Below, one piece after another: positions 28,497 to 38,419 of a DNA stretch of 64,000 nt; the stretch's first letter is position 1, and each line of letters begins with the position of its first letter. Below the pieces are notes generated by a model, which had not been told where the DNA came from, made no database searches, and was given only the letters and a program-made list of their open reading frames with translations. The DNA comes from an uncultured Candidatus Saccharibacteria bacterium (lineage in GTDB: Bacteria; Patescibacteriota; Saccharimonadia; Saccharimonadales; Saccharimonadaceae), in the NCBI GenBank assembly GCA_964477195.1, contig CAYZCX010000005.1, forward strand, positions 11,832-75,831, in the 5' to 3' direction. The position numbers and the translations under genes are program-made.

Positions 28497-31043
28497 ATGC
28501 TAATGCTTTACTACACAAAAAGTATCCAGCAAACACTCAAAGAGCTGGAAGCGACACAAAAAGGTCTGGCTGCGAGCGATGCCAAAGAACGTCTAAGTCT
28601 CTACGGGCCTAACGCAATCAAAGTGAAGGGCGAGCCGCTCTGGCGGAAACTCATCGAGCCATTTGCAAATGTATTCATGCTAGTATTGTTCATCGCTGCA
28701 GCCATTAGCCTCTATCATCATGCAGTACTTGATGCGGTTATTATTGGAATTATCATGATGGCGAGCGCCACGATATATTATGTGCAGCGATTTTCTACCG
28801 AGCGAATCCTGCGGGCCTTGCAGAAGCATAATACACAGATGGTCGACGTCCTTCGTGATGGTAAACAGGCGCAGATAGACTCGGCAGAGCTTGTCCCTGG
28901 CGATATCATTACGTTAAACGAAGGTGAGAAGATCCCGGCGGATGCGCGAATTATTGCCGCAGTTTCGCTTCGGGTTGATGAATCACAGCTGACAGGTGAG
29001 TCCGAGCCTATCAGTAAACAAACCGACGCCCTCCGAGGTGGTGAAAAAGAAGTCTATGAGCAAAGTAACATGCTTTTCCAGGGCTCATTTATCGTTGCCG
29101 GAGAAGTCCGCGCAGTAGTTGTAAGCACAGGAAATACGACAGAGTTCGGCCGACTCGCAGCCCTCACGACAAACACGAGCAGCGAGAGCCCTGTCCAAAA
29201 AAAGATTGACAAACTTATATCCCAAATCATTGGAGTTGTCGGAGCAATTGCGCTTGTCGCTTTTGGCCTAGCGATCGGTAGGGGAATGGATATTACAGAG
29301 AGTTTCCGTTTCGTTCTCGCACTTTCGGTAAGTGCCGTGCCCGAGAGTCTTCCAGTGGCAATTTCAGTCATTCTTGTCCTCGGCATGCGTCGTATGGCTG
29401 CCAAAAAGGCTCTCATCAGCGCCATGCGCTCTATTGAAACGATCGGTGTCGTGACGACTATCGCCACCGATAAGACAGGGACCTTAACAAAAAATCAGCT
29501 TACCGTGCAGGATACCTGGCGTCCACAAGGTATTTCGTCTACATCACTCGCGCATTTTAGCGTGTATGCCATCAATACTTCGAGCAAAAAAATGCATGAC
29601 CCCCTCGATACTGCCATGGATATGTTTGCCTCAAGCAAAAAAGCAGAACGACCAAAAGGAGAGCCCATGATCAGCCTTCCTTTTGATCAGTCTGTCGCTA
29701 TGAGCGGGAATGTTTGGCACAACGGTAACATATACACGCTTGCCATAAAAGGCGCACCCGAACACGTTCTCTCAAAAAGTACCCTCACCGAAAACGAACG
29801 GGAACAGGCAAGCGCAGCACTCCACTCACTCACAGGAAAGGGCTATCGCGTTATTGCCATTGCTCACGCCGAGCTGGCACAGCCACTGCATAGCTTTGAA
29901 GACCTTCCCAAAAAAGCCGCCCTGGAATTCGACGGCTTTCTTGCAATCGCTGATGTGCTTCGTCCAGAGGCAAAGCAAGCAATTCGCACGGCATTACGAG
30001 CCGGCGTCACCGTTCGCATGATCACTGGTGATCATTTTGAAACAGCCTACCATATCGGAAAACAACTCGGAATGGTAACAAGCAGAGAAGAAGTGTTCGA
30101 CAGCCGTCATATGAGTGTCATGAGTGACGAAGAACTGCGTTCGCACATCGATACCATTCGAGTATTTTCGCGCGTGACCCCGGAACATAAATATCGTATT
30201 TTGACACTTCTCAAAGAAAAAAATATCACCGCCATGACGGGTGATGGCGTCAATGACGTCCCAGCCCTCACAAACGCGCACGTAGGGGTTGCGATGGGAA
30301 GCGGTGCGCAAATCGCAAAAGATGCTGGCGACATTATTCTTATGGACGACAATTTCAAGAGCATTGTCGATGCCATGCACGAGGGTCGCACCATATTTAG
30401 CAACATTCGTCGCATGCTGTTTTACCTCCTCTCAACGAATGCCGGTGAAGTGATGACCGCCATTGCGTCACTTGTCATAGGACTGCCGATTCCACTCGTT
30501 CCCGTACAGATTTTGTGGGTAAACCTTGTCACAGATACTTCTATGGTCATTCCTCTAGGTCTGGAGCCAGGCGAAAAAAATAACATGACAAAGCGTCCCA
30601 ACAGGCCAGATGCTCCAATTCTCGGTAAATTCCTTATCTCTCGGATGGTACTCGTAGCGCTTACCATGGCAGCCCTTACTGTGGGACTTTATGCGTATTA
30701 TTCATTTCACTTCGACAATACCTATGGCCGGACTATCGCATTTTGTTCATTGGTCGTGATGCAGTGGGCAAATGCTTTCAATACTCGTAGTGACGATGAG
30801 TCGCTCCTTGTTCGCCTCCGTGTTTTTAATGGCAAATTCTATATCGGACTTGCCGTGGGTGCAACACTTCAGGCACTTGCCGTATTTGGCCCACTTGGTG
30901 ACCTACTTCATGTCACCCCAGTCGCAATCGGCGATTTGGTCATTACGGGCGCGATAGCCTTTACCATTCCTATACTCGTGGTTGAGGCCCATAAATTCAT
31001 CGGCCGACGTTTCTTCGGGAGAAAGATCCTCCCATCTCGGTGA
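28497..31043 (+). CDS. cation-transporting P-type ATPase (type II, Ca2+/Mg2+-like)
   Basis: TGES, PESLP, DKTGTLT, MITGD, TGDGVNDVPAL. Confidence 0.92.
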   Translation: MLMLYYTKSIQQTLKELEATQKGLAASDAKERLSLYGPNAIKVKGEPLWRKLIEPFANVFMLVLFIAAAISLYHHAVLDAVIIGIIMMASATIYYVQRFSTERILRALQKHNTQMVDVLRDGKQAQIDSAELVPGDIITLNEGEKIPADARIIAAVSLRVDESQLTGESEPISKQTDALRGGEKEVYEQSNMLFQGSFIVAGEVRAVVVSTGNTTEFGRLAALTTNTSSESPVQKKIDKLISQIIGVVGAIALVAFGLAIGRGMDITESFRFVLALSVSAVPESLPVAISVILVLGMRRMAAKKALISAMRSIETIGVVTTIATDKTGTLTKNQLTVQDTWRPQGISSTSLAHFSVYAINTSSKKMHDPLDTAMDMFASSKKAERPKGEPMISLPFDQSVAMSGNVWHNGNIYTLAIKGAPEHVLSKSTLTENEREQASAALHSLTGKGYRVIAIAHAELAQPLHSFEDLPKKAALEFDGFLAIADVLRPEAKQAIRTALRAGVTVRMITGDHFETAYHIGKQLGMVTSREEVFDSRHMSVMSDEELRSHIDTIRVFSRVTPEHKYRILTLLKEKNITAMTGDGVNDVPALTNAHVGVAMGSGAQIAKDAGDIILMDDNFKSIVDAMHEGRTIFSNIRRMLFYLLSTNAGEVMTAIASLVIGLPIPLVPVQILWVNLVTDTSMVIPLGLEPGEKNNMTKRPNRPDAPILGKFLISRMVLVALTMAALTVGLYAYYSFHFDNTYGRTIAFCSLVVMQWANAFNTRSDDESLLVRLRVFNGKFYIGLAVGATLQALAVFGPLGDLLHVTPVAIGDLVITGAIAFTIPILVVEAHKFIGRRFFGRKILPSR

Positions 31044-31050
31044 TAATTTG

Positions 31051-31079
31051 TTGATAAAAACACATTTTTGTTTTATAGT
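31051..31079 (+). promoter_or_regulatory. sigma70-like promoter TTGATA-N17-TATAGT
   Basis: TTGATA 31051-56 and TATAGT 31074-79, ahead of the GC-rich ORF 31160. Confidence 0.45.
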
Positions 31080-31159
31080 GTTCTAGTTATCGTATTCAAA
31101 CCCCCGGGAATGATACGATAATTTTCGTGTCATCTCTCAAGACTCGTTAGGGAGTATTC

Positions 31160-31729
31160 GTGAGCGAGGAATCGTACCAGGACAACGTAAAGCGAGGCGT
31201 CACCGGCCCAGAGACAGAGACAAGCTTCGTGGCTGCGTTTGACCGGATTAGCAAACGTACGGGTGTCAGTTCTCGGACCTATCAAGACTACAGAAAGATA
31301 AGCGAATGGTCCGATGAGATCTACGAGGAGTTGGATCACGTTCCCGCCGAGTACATGGAAGCAACGTGCGCGTTTTGGGCCCAGCTCTGGCGAGAGTTGG
31401 GGGTTAACAACACCAAAAACAACAACGGCATGCGTCCGGAAACTCTCGAGGAATTGGACGTCATGCTCAAAAAGCTGACGAACGGAGGCTTTCGCACGAT
31501 CGTCTACCTTTCGGTGGAATATCGCGAAGTCTGCGTTGGTCTCATCGCACGAGGCGATGGTTACTACAAAGCGCGGAGTACGTGGACGCCCTTCAACGAC
31601 GAAGACTGCGTCAGCGTGGCGGAGATTTTTCCGCTGCTCCGCCGACTCCCTCGAGCACGCATCGGCACCAGCGGCCGCACACTCAAAGACGTCAATGTCT
31701 TTGCTCTTGCGCCTGAGCCGCGGCGATAG
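31160..31729 (+). CDS. hypothetical protein (GC-rich ORFan)
   Basis: 189 aa, GTG start after GGGAG. A +strand terminator follows. The antisense ORF 31130-31759 is treated as a shadow. Confidence 0.5.
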   Translation: MSEESYQDNVKRGVTGPETETSFVAAFDRISKRTGVSSRTYQDYRKISEWSDEIYEELDHVPAEYMEATCAFWAQLWRELGVNNTKNNNGMRPETLEELDVMLKKLTNGGFRTIVYLSVEYREVCVGLIARGDGYYKARSTWTPFNDEDCVSVAEIFPLLRRLPRARIGTSGRTLKDVNVFALAPEPRR

Positions 31730-31744
31730 AGAGATGACCAAAAG

Positions 31745-31780
31745 CCCCGCCTTTTCCAAAAGGCGGGGTCTCTCTTTGTC
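31745..31780 (+). terminator. rho-independent terminator
   Basis: CCCCGCCTTT 31745-54 / AAAGGCGGGG 31759-68, T-rich tail. Confidence 0.75.
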
Positions 31781-31868
31781 TTAATTATTAAATTGATCTT
31801 CAATAATTACAGGTGTATACTGTGAGTATCCTCACACAAACATCCACAAGATAGATTGTGAGAAAACC

Positions 31869-32237
31869 ATGTCACACGATGAATGGCACCTCGAAGTTGC
31901 AAAAGCAATCGTAACGGCGGCGCTGAAAGAAAAGGAACACCTGAAGGAAAAGTACGGCAATGAGTTTTCTCCCGGCGGACGCTTCAGCCACTTCCTTGCT
32001 TTGCCGATCGAGAGTTTCGTTTCCGTCTTCGCAGCAGCGATGAAGCAGGTGAGCGGTGGAGCAAACGGTCTGGAAGAAACGAACATTCAGAGAGGCATGC
32101 TGCGTGGAGAGAGTGGTCGTCCACTTTTTGCGCTGGTTCAGACAGGTGAGGTCAAGAACGAGAAGAAACGCGTCTTCATCGTTTTTTACCCTCATTTTGT
32201 CGTTTTTCATCGAGAAGAAACGCTTGCCGCAGAGTAG
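31869..32237 (+). CDS. hypothetical protein
   Basis: 122-aa ORF with ATG start; weak RBS; no motif recognised. Confidence 0.4.
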   Translation: MSHDEWHLEVAKAIVTAALKEKEHLKEKYGNEFSPGGRFSHFLALPIESFVSVFAAAMKQVSGGANGLEETNIQRGMLRGESGRPLFALVQTGEVKNEKKRVFIVFYPHFVVFHREETLAAE

Positions 32238-32438
32238 ACTTTCTCATACACGGGAGGAAGGCTAGATAACTAGCCCAGCCTAGAGAGCGCGGCTGCAAAA
32301 TAGCGCTCTCATAAAACAAATTGTTTCTCTATAAGTCCTGCTCTAGCGGGATTTTTTATTTTATAAAAAGAGAAGCGGCCCTACAATAAACATAGGACCG
32401 CGCAGACGAGATATGTCGTCTACCTCTTACAAACAGAA

Positions 32439-33095
32439 TTACCCGTGATCGTAGTAATAGCCGGTCAAATGTCCGGTCAGAGACTGAACAAGCTCGCCGT
32501 GTTCAATCACCGTGATCCGATCTTCCAAGTTCGCCGCAACAGGAGTAAACAACTTGCACTGGCCCGGGCCTGCTGGCCCCAACACGAGCGCATATTCCAA
32601 CGCACCGTTCGGCAATTTGATAACACAGCCGACCTGACAACCCTGTGCAATCAGCGCCGTCAGCTTGGTCTCACTGGGCTTTTCAACAATCTGGCGGTAA
32701 GTGGCTTTGAATGGGTTCGTGATTGCCTGCCGGCGAAGCGTTCGCTCCACCATCATGGCGTGCGTATCTGCCAAGTTGACATCCACTTGCTCCTGGTCAA
32801 AGCCGTCTTCGATCAAAAGACCGCGCAGATACTCACGACCCTGCTTGCCGATGAGCCGGGCGGGGTCCATCTGCGAAACATGCAGAATCGTAAACCGAAG
32901 ATCAAGGATGAGCCTCAGATTGCCGAAATGGAGATCCGACTGCCCCAGCGGTCGACCAATCATCCTATCCAGATCAGCAAACGCGTTCTTGTCGTTCGGG
33001 TTGAACATTTCGTGCATGTAGAGCAGTTGTGCCGTACATGCCGTTTCACCGGAAAACTCATCCCAAAGACCAATCTCAGGAGTCGGCTCGCGCAT
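32439..33095 (-). CDS. hypothetical protein (GC-rich ORFan)
   Basis: 218 aa, RBS GAGGAG and a TATAGT -10 upstream on the minus strand. The antisense ORF 32445-33134 has Arg/Leu/Gln-rich shadow composition. Confidence 0.55.
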   Translation of the reverse strand: MREPTPEIGLWDEFSGETACTAQLLYMHEMFNPNDKNAFADLDRMIGRPLGQSDLHFGNLRLILDLRFTILHVSQMDPARLIGKQGREYLRGLLIEDGFDQEQVDVNLADTHAMMVERTLRRQAITNPFKATYRQIVEKPSETKLTALIAQGCQVGCVIKLPNGALEYALVLGPAGPGQCKLFTPVAANLEDRITVIEHGELVQSLTGHLTGYYYDHG

Positions 33096-33278
33096 TTCCT
33101 TAGCTCCTCTTCTGTAAGTAACGAGGTTCGATGATTACTATACCACATATTATTTACCTGTTCCAAAAAGTGTTAAAAATGGCTATTTCATGGTATAGTA
33201 GCCTAGCGCACCACAAATGCTACTACCTTAAAAAGCCGAAAATTGAACAACTGTACCCACGAAGGGGGCATCGGAAGG

Positions 33279-35498
33279 ATGAAGAAGCTCGTAGGATTTC
33301 TCGCAGTTCTAGCGTTACTAGCGGGAGTCGTCTACGTCGTTATTCAAGTTGCGGCGTCCAATGTTGATCTTTCGACAGGAAAGGTTGGTGAAGATTCCGT
33401 TATTTACGCCCGCGATGGCAAAACCGTACTCGGTCACATCGCAGGTTCGGGCGCAGGTGACGTTTCACTGACCGACGCTCAAGTAAGCCCGCTCCTTCGA
33501 CACGCCCACATGGCCATCGAGGATCGTGGATTTTACGAACATGAGGCCGTCTCCTGGCCGCACATGGCCTGGGCGGTCATCACGAGTGGTGGGTCGGCCG
33601 GTGGGTCGACGATCACCCAGCAGTACGTGAAGAACGCTTACTTGACAAGGGAAAAATCTCTCGACCGGAAGGCAAAGGAAATTCCCTATGCCTACCGCGT
33701 CGAGCAAGAGTTCAGTAAGGATCAGATCCTTACGAAGTACATGAACTCCATTCCCTACGGTCGAGGCGCTTATGGCGTGGAAGATGCCGCCAAGACGTGG
33801 TTTGGTATCTCCGCGACTGAGCTTAAGGATATGAGTGATCCTTTACAGGTTGCTCGAGCTTGCTTTTTGGCAGCATTGGTTCAACGACCGAGCTTCTTTG
33901 CAGAGTACCAAGGACGACCGAGTCAGCTCAAGCACTGGCAAGAAATTACCGACCGGACCACCGCTACGTTGAATGGTCTTCGCAAAATCGAAGGAGTCGC
34001 CCAAAAAGACTTGGTTCCCCAGACGGTCATCGACCAAGCAAAAAAGCTGCTGCCACTCAAGATCACCAACACACTGAAGGCAAGCGGGACCTCGAAGGAC
34101 ACGGATCCGTATCTCCTGGACTACGTTAAGCAGTGGATCACTGCTTGGCAGACTCAGGCGCTTAAAGATGATGACAAGTTGAACGACGCCGACGCTGCGA
34201 CTCAGGGCGAAAGTGCCGCCGAAGGCCTGTTGGCTCGCGGCGGACTCTCCATTCATACGTCGATCGACAGCAATCTCCAGACATTGGTGGCTCAGTCGGT
34301 CGCTTCTCGTCGCTTCAAATCAGGACTGTCTACTGGCGTGGTGATTTTGGATCCTCAAAGTGGCGCAGTCGCTGCCATGTACGGAGGATCTGATCACGCC
34401 AAGGATGCGTACAACTACGCGTTGTACGCAAACCGCCAGGTAGGCTCGACCATGAAAACGGTCGTACTGGCCGACGCCGTGAAAAACGACATCTCGGTCC
34501 AGTCGGTGTTTGCCGCACCCGCCTACATCCAGATCGACGGATCGAAGATCTACAACGATGACAAAAAGGCTGCACCTGGTTGCAAACTGACTCTGGCTGA
34601 TGCCATGGCACAGTCGAACAACCCTGTGCATATCGAGTTGATCACCGGAAAGATGGCGAGCTGTGACAATCCTGCCGCACTTTCCAGCATCGACTCTGAT
34701 TACCCGGTGAGTCCGTCCTCAGTTGTGGCGCTTGCCCACAAAATGGGAGCAGACGACAGTCTTGTTCCCGGAAAGAGCACGCCCGCGAAGTTGGATGCGG
34801 TGCCGACGTTGGCACTTGGCGTCAGTTCGCTGACCCCGCTCAAGCTGGCCTCCATTGGAGGTACGCTTGCGAATAACGGCACACACACCAAGCCCCATAT
34901 CATCGACAAAATCAGCACGAACACCGACAGCACTGTTTACGAAAACGAGGAGGAAACAAACCGAGTTCTGTCCGCTAAGCAGGCCGGAATTGTTAATCAA
35001 GTTCTGACGGGCGTTTACACCAAGGGCACCGCTCGCGGAGCTCAGGTGTCTGGTCATCCGCTAGCGGGTAAGACAGGTACGACACCCACTGACGCGTGGA
35101 TGCTTGCGTATTCCGCAGTCAAAGAAGACCAGCCAGCATACGTTTGCTCAGCCTGGACAGGCTACGCAGACAATCGCGTGACGAGCGCAAGCGGCGGTGA
35201 TCTTTGGGGCGCTGATGTCGCAAAGATCTGTCAATCCTTCTTCGCAGGCGCCCTCAAGGATGTGCCGAAGATCGACTTTCCCAAGGCAGACCTGTCTTCC
35301 GGAAAGATGATGGGGTTGAGTCAAGAAAAGGCACCGGAGCCTCAAACAACCGAGGAGAAACCTAAGCCAACTCCTACCACGAAACACAAGCCCACCCCGA
35401 CCACCAAGCCGCCAACCTCAACGACGAGTTCATCGTCCATCCCCGAAACAACATCGGAGGCACCCCCGACGACAAGCTCTACCGAGGCAGCTGGTTAA
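33279..35498 (+). CDS. class A penicillin-binding protein (GT51 transglycosylase plus transpeptidase), Pro/Thr-rich tail
   Basis: AIEDRGFYEH, GGSTITQQYVKN, VGSTMK (SxxK), AGKTGTT (KTG). N-terminal TM from the ATG at 33279. GC-rich. Confidence 0.9.
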   Translation: MKKLVGFLAVLALLAGVVYVVIQVAASNVDLSTGKVGEDSVIYARDGKTVLGHIAGSGAGDVSLTDAQVSPLLRHAHMAIEDRGFYEHEAVSWPHMAWAVITSGGSAGGSTITQQYVKNAYLTREKSLDRKAKEIPYAYRVEQEFSKDQILTKYMNSIPYGRGAYGVEDAAKTWFGISATELKDMSDPLQVARACFLAALVQRPSFFAEYQGRPSQLKHWQEITDRTTATLNGLRKIEGVAQKDLVPQTVIDQAKKLLPLKITNTLKASGTSKDTDPYLLDYVKQWITAWQTQALKDDDKLNDADAATQGESAAEGLLARGGLSIHTSIDSNLQTLVAQSVASRRFKSGLSTGVVILDPQSGAVAAMYGGSDHAKDAYNYALYANRQVGSTMKTVVLADAVKNDISVQSVFAAPAYIQIDGSKIYNDDKKAAPGCKLTLADAMAQSNNPVHIELITGKMASCDNPAALSSIDSDYPVSPSSVVALAHKMGADDSLVPGKSTPAKLDAVPTLALGVSSLTPLKLASIGGTLANNGTHTKPHIIDKISTNTDSTVYENEEETNRVLSAKQAGIVNQVLTGVYTKGTARGAQVSGHPLAGKTGTTPTDAWMLAYSAVKEDQPAYVCSAWTGYADNRVTSASGGDLWGADVAKICQSFFAGALKDVPKIDFPKADLSSGKMMGLSQEKAPEPQTTEEKPKPTPTTKHKPTPTTKPPTSTTSSSSIPETTSEAPPTTSSTEAAG

Positions 35499-35545
35499 TC
35501 TGGCGGTTCAATTTATCTGCTACTAAAGGGTAGGCATTTGCGCCA

Positions 35546-35574
35546 CCCCCTCGTGGAAACCATTCACGAGGGGG
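35546..35574 (+). terminator. 10-bp GC hairpin after PBP gene
   Basis: CCCCCTCGTG 35546-55 / CACGAGGGGG 35565-74. Confidence 0.55.
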
Positions 35575-35642
35575 CTATCCCCTGAATTTATTTTTGCTAC
35601 AATAAAAAAGCATCTCGTACTACGAAGAGTGAGGAAGCAAGA

Positions 35643-36032
35643 GTGAGTCGTGAAACCGAAAGCACGAATCGCAACTACCTGGTGATTAGTGGAGGTGATG
35701 ATTGGACTTTGTCGCAGTGCTGCGGTCCTTTCGGATTCGGCGAGCGTCCGGACGTGATTGTCTTCGCACTCCATATCCACCGCGGCTGCATCCAGCTCGG
35801 CCCAGAGGATACAGACCCTATGGCATGTGTCATCTTGGCCTGCGGGCGTCGTGACAATCCGAACGCGTGGTCGCTCATTGACTACCGCGAGGCCGTCACG
35901 GATGCGGAACTCGAAGCTCGCATGAAGGCTTTGTCTGACCAGTTGCCCTCCATGGAAGTCCGCAACCGCGTCAAGATCGAGAGCACGCAGGACGTGGATT
36001 ACCGGGACAAGGCTCTGCGCAAGAGAAGCTAA
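35643..36032 (+). CDS. hypothetical protein (GC-rich ORFan)
   Basis: 129 aa, GTG start after GAGGAAG, +strand terminator follows; the antisense ORF 35523-36083 is treated as a shadow. Confidence 0.5.
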   Translation: MSRETESTNRNYLVISGGDDWTLSQCCGPFGFGERPDVIVFALHIHRGCIQLGPEDTDPMACVILACGRRDNPNAWSLIDYREAVTDAELEARMKALSDQLPSMEVRNRVKIESTQDVDYRDKALRKRS

Positions 36033-36034
36033 AA

Positions 36035-36076
36035 CTAAGAGGGCGGTCATAGCGACGGCCGCCCTCTTAGTTTTTT
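36035..36076 (+). terminator. rho-independent terminator
   Basis: CTAAGAGGGCGG 36035-46 / CCGCCCTCTTAG 36059-70 followed by T6. Confidence 0.8.
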
Positions 36077-36152
36077 CAATCACTGTATAATTTCATAGAT
36101 TTATGTAAGTCGGATCGCCCTGCTAACGGGCGATCCGACTATCTAGCATTCG

Positions 36153-36953
36153 TCACTTCATCAAATCATCGAGCGTCCACTCCGGCTTCAGAAGCTCCGG
36201 GTCTCTCGCGATAATCAACCGATACAGAGTGGTGATCACCGGGCTGACGTCTGAATCATATTTTTGACGAAGTTTTCGCTTCAACAATTGATGAATTTCA
36301 TAAACTTTGATCGCTTGCTGAGATCGGTAGAGCGCAAGCATGAGTAGTCCGGCGAGATCCTCATTCGCAGGATCGGCCCGCCACACCACTAACAATTCAT
36401 CTAACACTTTCGCGTGCCGGCCACATTTCAGTAAAATCTCAAAGCGAGAACGAAGAGCACTTCGTCGCTCCTCATGTAACCTCACCGAAAGTGGCGCAAG
36501 CTCCACGCCATGCTCGACACCCTCCAAAAGATCACTCCCAAAAAGCGAGAGAGCTTCGTCCAGCAGACGCAGCGCTTCCTCAAAACGACCTTCCGTACGC
36601 TGCTTGTCAGCCTCCTTGACGCAGTGCAAAAACCGAAGTGCATCGACATCATCCGGCATCACATCAAGGACATATCCGCTACTCCTCGTTACAATGATGC
36701 CTTCGGGAAGTTTGTTACGAATATTACTAACATACATCTGCAGGGTGGTAATCCAGGTACGCGGCGGATCCTCCCAAAGTTCATCAGCCAGTTTGCGAAA
36801 ACCTACCCATCTGCCCGCGTTGAGAGCTAAAAGTGCGAGCACTTTCCTTTGCTTTGGGGCAGTGATGGCTTCGTAGTCTGCTACCGCTTGAACGGCGCCA
36901 AACAAGCGAACCATCGGTACGGCAGGATCAATAGTATCCGGTCGAGTGTCCAT
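36153..36953 (-). CDS. SARP-family transcriptional regulator (OmpR-type wHTH plus BTAD)
   Basis: VRLFG...KQRKVLALLALNAGRWVGFRKLADELWEDPP...LQMYVSNIRNKL...GYVLDV..DDVDALRF, then BTAD-like helices (EEALRLLDEALSLFG, DELLVVWRADPANEDLAGLLMLALY). Confidence 0.8.
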   Translation of the reverse strand: MDTRPDTIDPAVPMVRLFGAVQAVADYEAITAPKQRKVLALLALNAGRWVGFRKLADELWEDPPRTWITTLQMYVSNIRNKLPEGIIVTRSSGYVLDVMPDDVDALRFLHCVKEADKQRTEGRFEEALRLLDEALSLFGSDLLEGVEHGVELAPLSVRLHEERRSALRSRFEILLKCGRHAKVLDELLVVWRADPANEDLAGLLMLALYRSQQAIKVYEIHQLLKRKLRQKYDSDVSPVITTLYRLIIARDPELLKPEWTLDDLMK

Positions 36954-37050
36954 GGACGGACTCCTTTTTAAAGTTCGTGCTTTTGCTAGCTTCGTTAAAT
37001 TATATCATAATATGATACTCGAGCCCTCAAATATCCGCTATACTTGGGTT

Positions 37051-37587
37051 ATGAAGATATATCTCGCAAGACACGGACGTACCAACTATAACGACCTCGG
37101 CCTATGTAACGCCGATCCAACCATCGATGTCCATCTGACACCTATTGGGATCACCCAGGCTCATACTCTCGCAGATAATCTCGAAAAGATACCATTTGAG
37201 CGAATCTTCGTTTCGGAGCTGAGACGCACCCAGCAAACTGCAGATATCGTTAATACACTCCACAATGTAGAAGTAGAAGTTGACGCCCGCTTAAACGATG
37301 GCCGCTCGGGGTTTGAAGGGAAAGATTACAGAGAATTCGAAAAAGCGCTCAGTACGGCGACTGATCGGTGGAATGCACGGTTTAACGACGGTGAATCTGT
37401 AGAAGATATCAAATCACGCGTAAGTGACTTTATCGATGAACTCCGAAAAAAAGAATACGATACGGTCTTGATTATCACTTCTCAATGGATAGTTCAGGCA
37501 ATGATGGCAGTGGTGAAGCATCTTTCTAACGAAGAGGCTTGGGCGCTCGAAGTCGAGCAGGGGGCTTATATTGAATTCGACATTTAG
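37051..37587 (+). CDS. histidine phosphatase family protein (phosphoglycerate-mutase-like)
   Basis: MKIYLARHGRTNYN (RHG motif), SELRRTQQT; ATG 37051 inside the tracked ORF; backbone GC. Confidence 0.85.
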   Translation: MKIYLARHGRTNYNDLGLCNADPTIDVHLTPIGITQAHTLADNLEKIPFERIFVSELRRTQQTADIVNTLHNVEVEVDARLNDGRSGFEGKDYREFEKALSTATDRWNARFNDGESVEDIKSRVSDFIDELRKKEYDTVLIITSQWIVQAMMAVVKHLSNEEAWALEVEQGAYIEFDI

Positions 37588-37712
37588 CCAGCAATTCATA
37601 TAAAAAACCGAACTCGGCGAAACGTAGGTCAAGTGATAGAACTTACCCAGAAAAGCAACGAGGCCCTGCGAAAATATCGCAGGGCCTTCGTCGTCAGCAG
37701 GCAAGGAAACGG

Positions 37713-38276
37713 CTAGTACATGTAATCGGAACAGTAGTCATAGCCATAGGACTTAAACGGGTCATGAAATTCAGCGTCAACATGATCGAAGGGATCATCC
37801 ATCTCGTCGTACATGTACGTTTTTTGCGACCGGAAATCTCGGCACCAGTAACAATAGCGCATGCCGCCGCAAGACAGATACCACTTCGGCATGATCGGGT
37901 CGAAGACAAGGAACTGAAGCTTGGGATGCTCGTCGTTCTCACCTTCGTACCAGATCGGAAAAACTCGACCCACACGCGCGTCCAGATCATCTGTAAAGGA
38001 GTCACCAGTTAGGTAATTCTCGCGAAGCAGATGAAGAGTCACGTCGATGCCTGTAAGCGAGCTGTAAGCCACGACACCCTTGTAGGCACCCTCCTTCTCC
38101 ATCTTGGCCTCAGGCAGATGTACCTTTACCGTCTCATCCCGCGCCCGCGCTTTGCGAATCATCTTGAGGCTGAGCGGCGTGGCTATGTTAACTCTGCTTA
38201 AACTGCACTCGAAGTCGAATGCCGGCAGGCTACTGTCCTCGTCGAGCGTGTGCTCGAGGTCGTAAGACATATCCAT
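37713..38276 (-). CDS. hypothetical protein with Cys/Tyr/Asp-rich C-terminus
   Basis: 187 aa; C-terminal YLSCGGMRYCYWCRDF...DYCSDYMY; GC-rich. Confidence 0.5.
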   Translation of the reverse strand: MDMSYDLEHTLDEDSSLPAFDFECSLSRVNIATPLSLKMIRKARARDETVKVHLPEAKMEKEGAYKGVVAYSSLTGIDVTLHLLRENYLTGDSFTDDLDARVGRVFPIWYEGENDEHPKLQFLVFDPIMPKWYLSCGGMRYCYWCRDFRSQKTYMYDEMDDPFDHVDAEFHDPFKSYGYDYCSDYMY

Positions 38277-38419
38277 TCTCTTTTCCTAGCAGGAACTGAC
38301 AACCTATATATTATACAACTAATACATCGTTAAGTCAATTATTATGCGCCTCTGCCTGTGACATAGTTGTAGCGACGAAGTTCTAGAAAGAGGTGAGGTG
38401 CGGTAGGTTTTTTATACTT

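Noticed and set aside
31130-36083. Antisense ORFs 31130-31759(-), 32445-33134(+), 35523-36083(-), and the similar 44310-44939(+), 46497-47117(+), 50191-50772(-), 55399-55833(-) and 55455-55922(+)
   Set aside because: Each overlaps a better-supported frame (RBS, terminator orientation, recognisable motifs or more protein-like composition). I judged them GC-driven or chance shadows.
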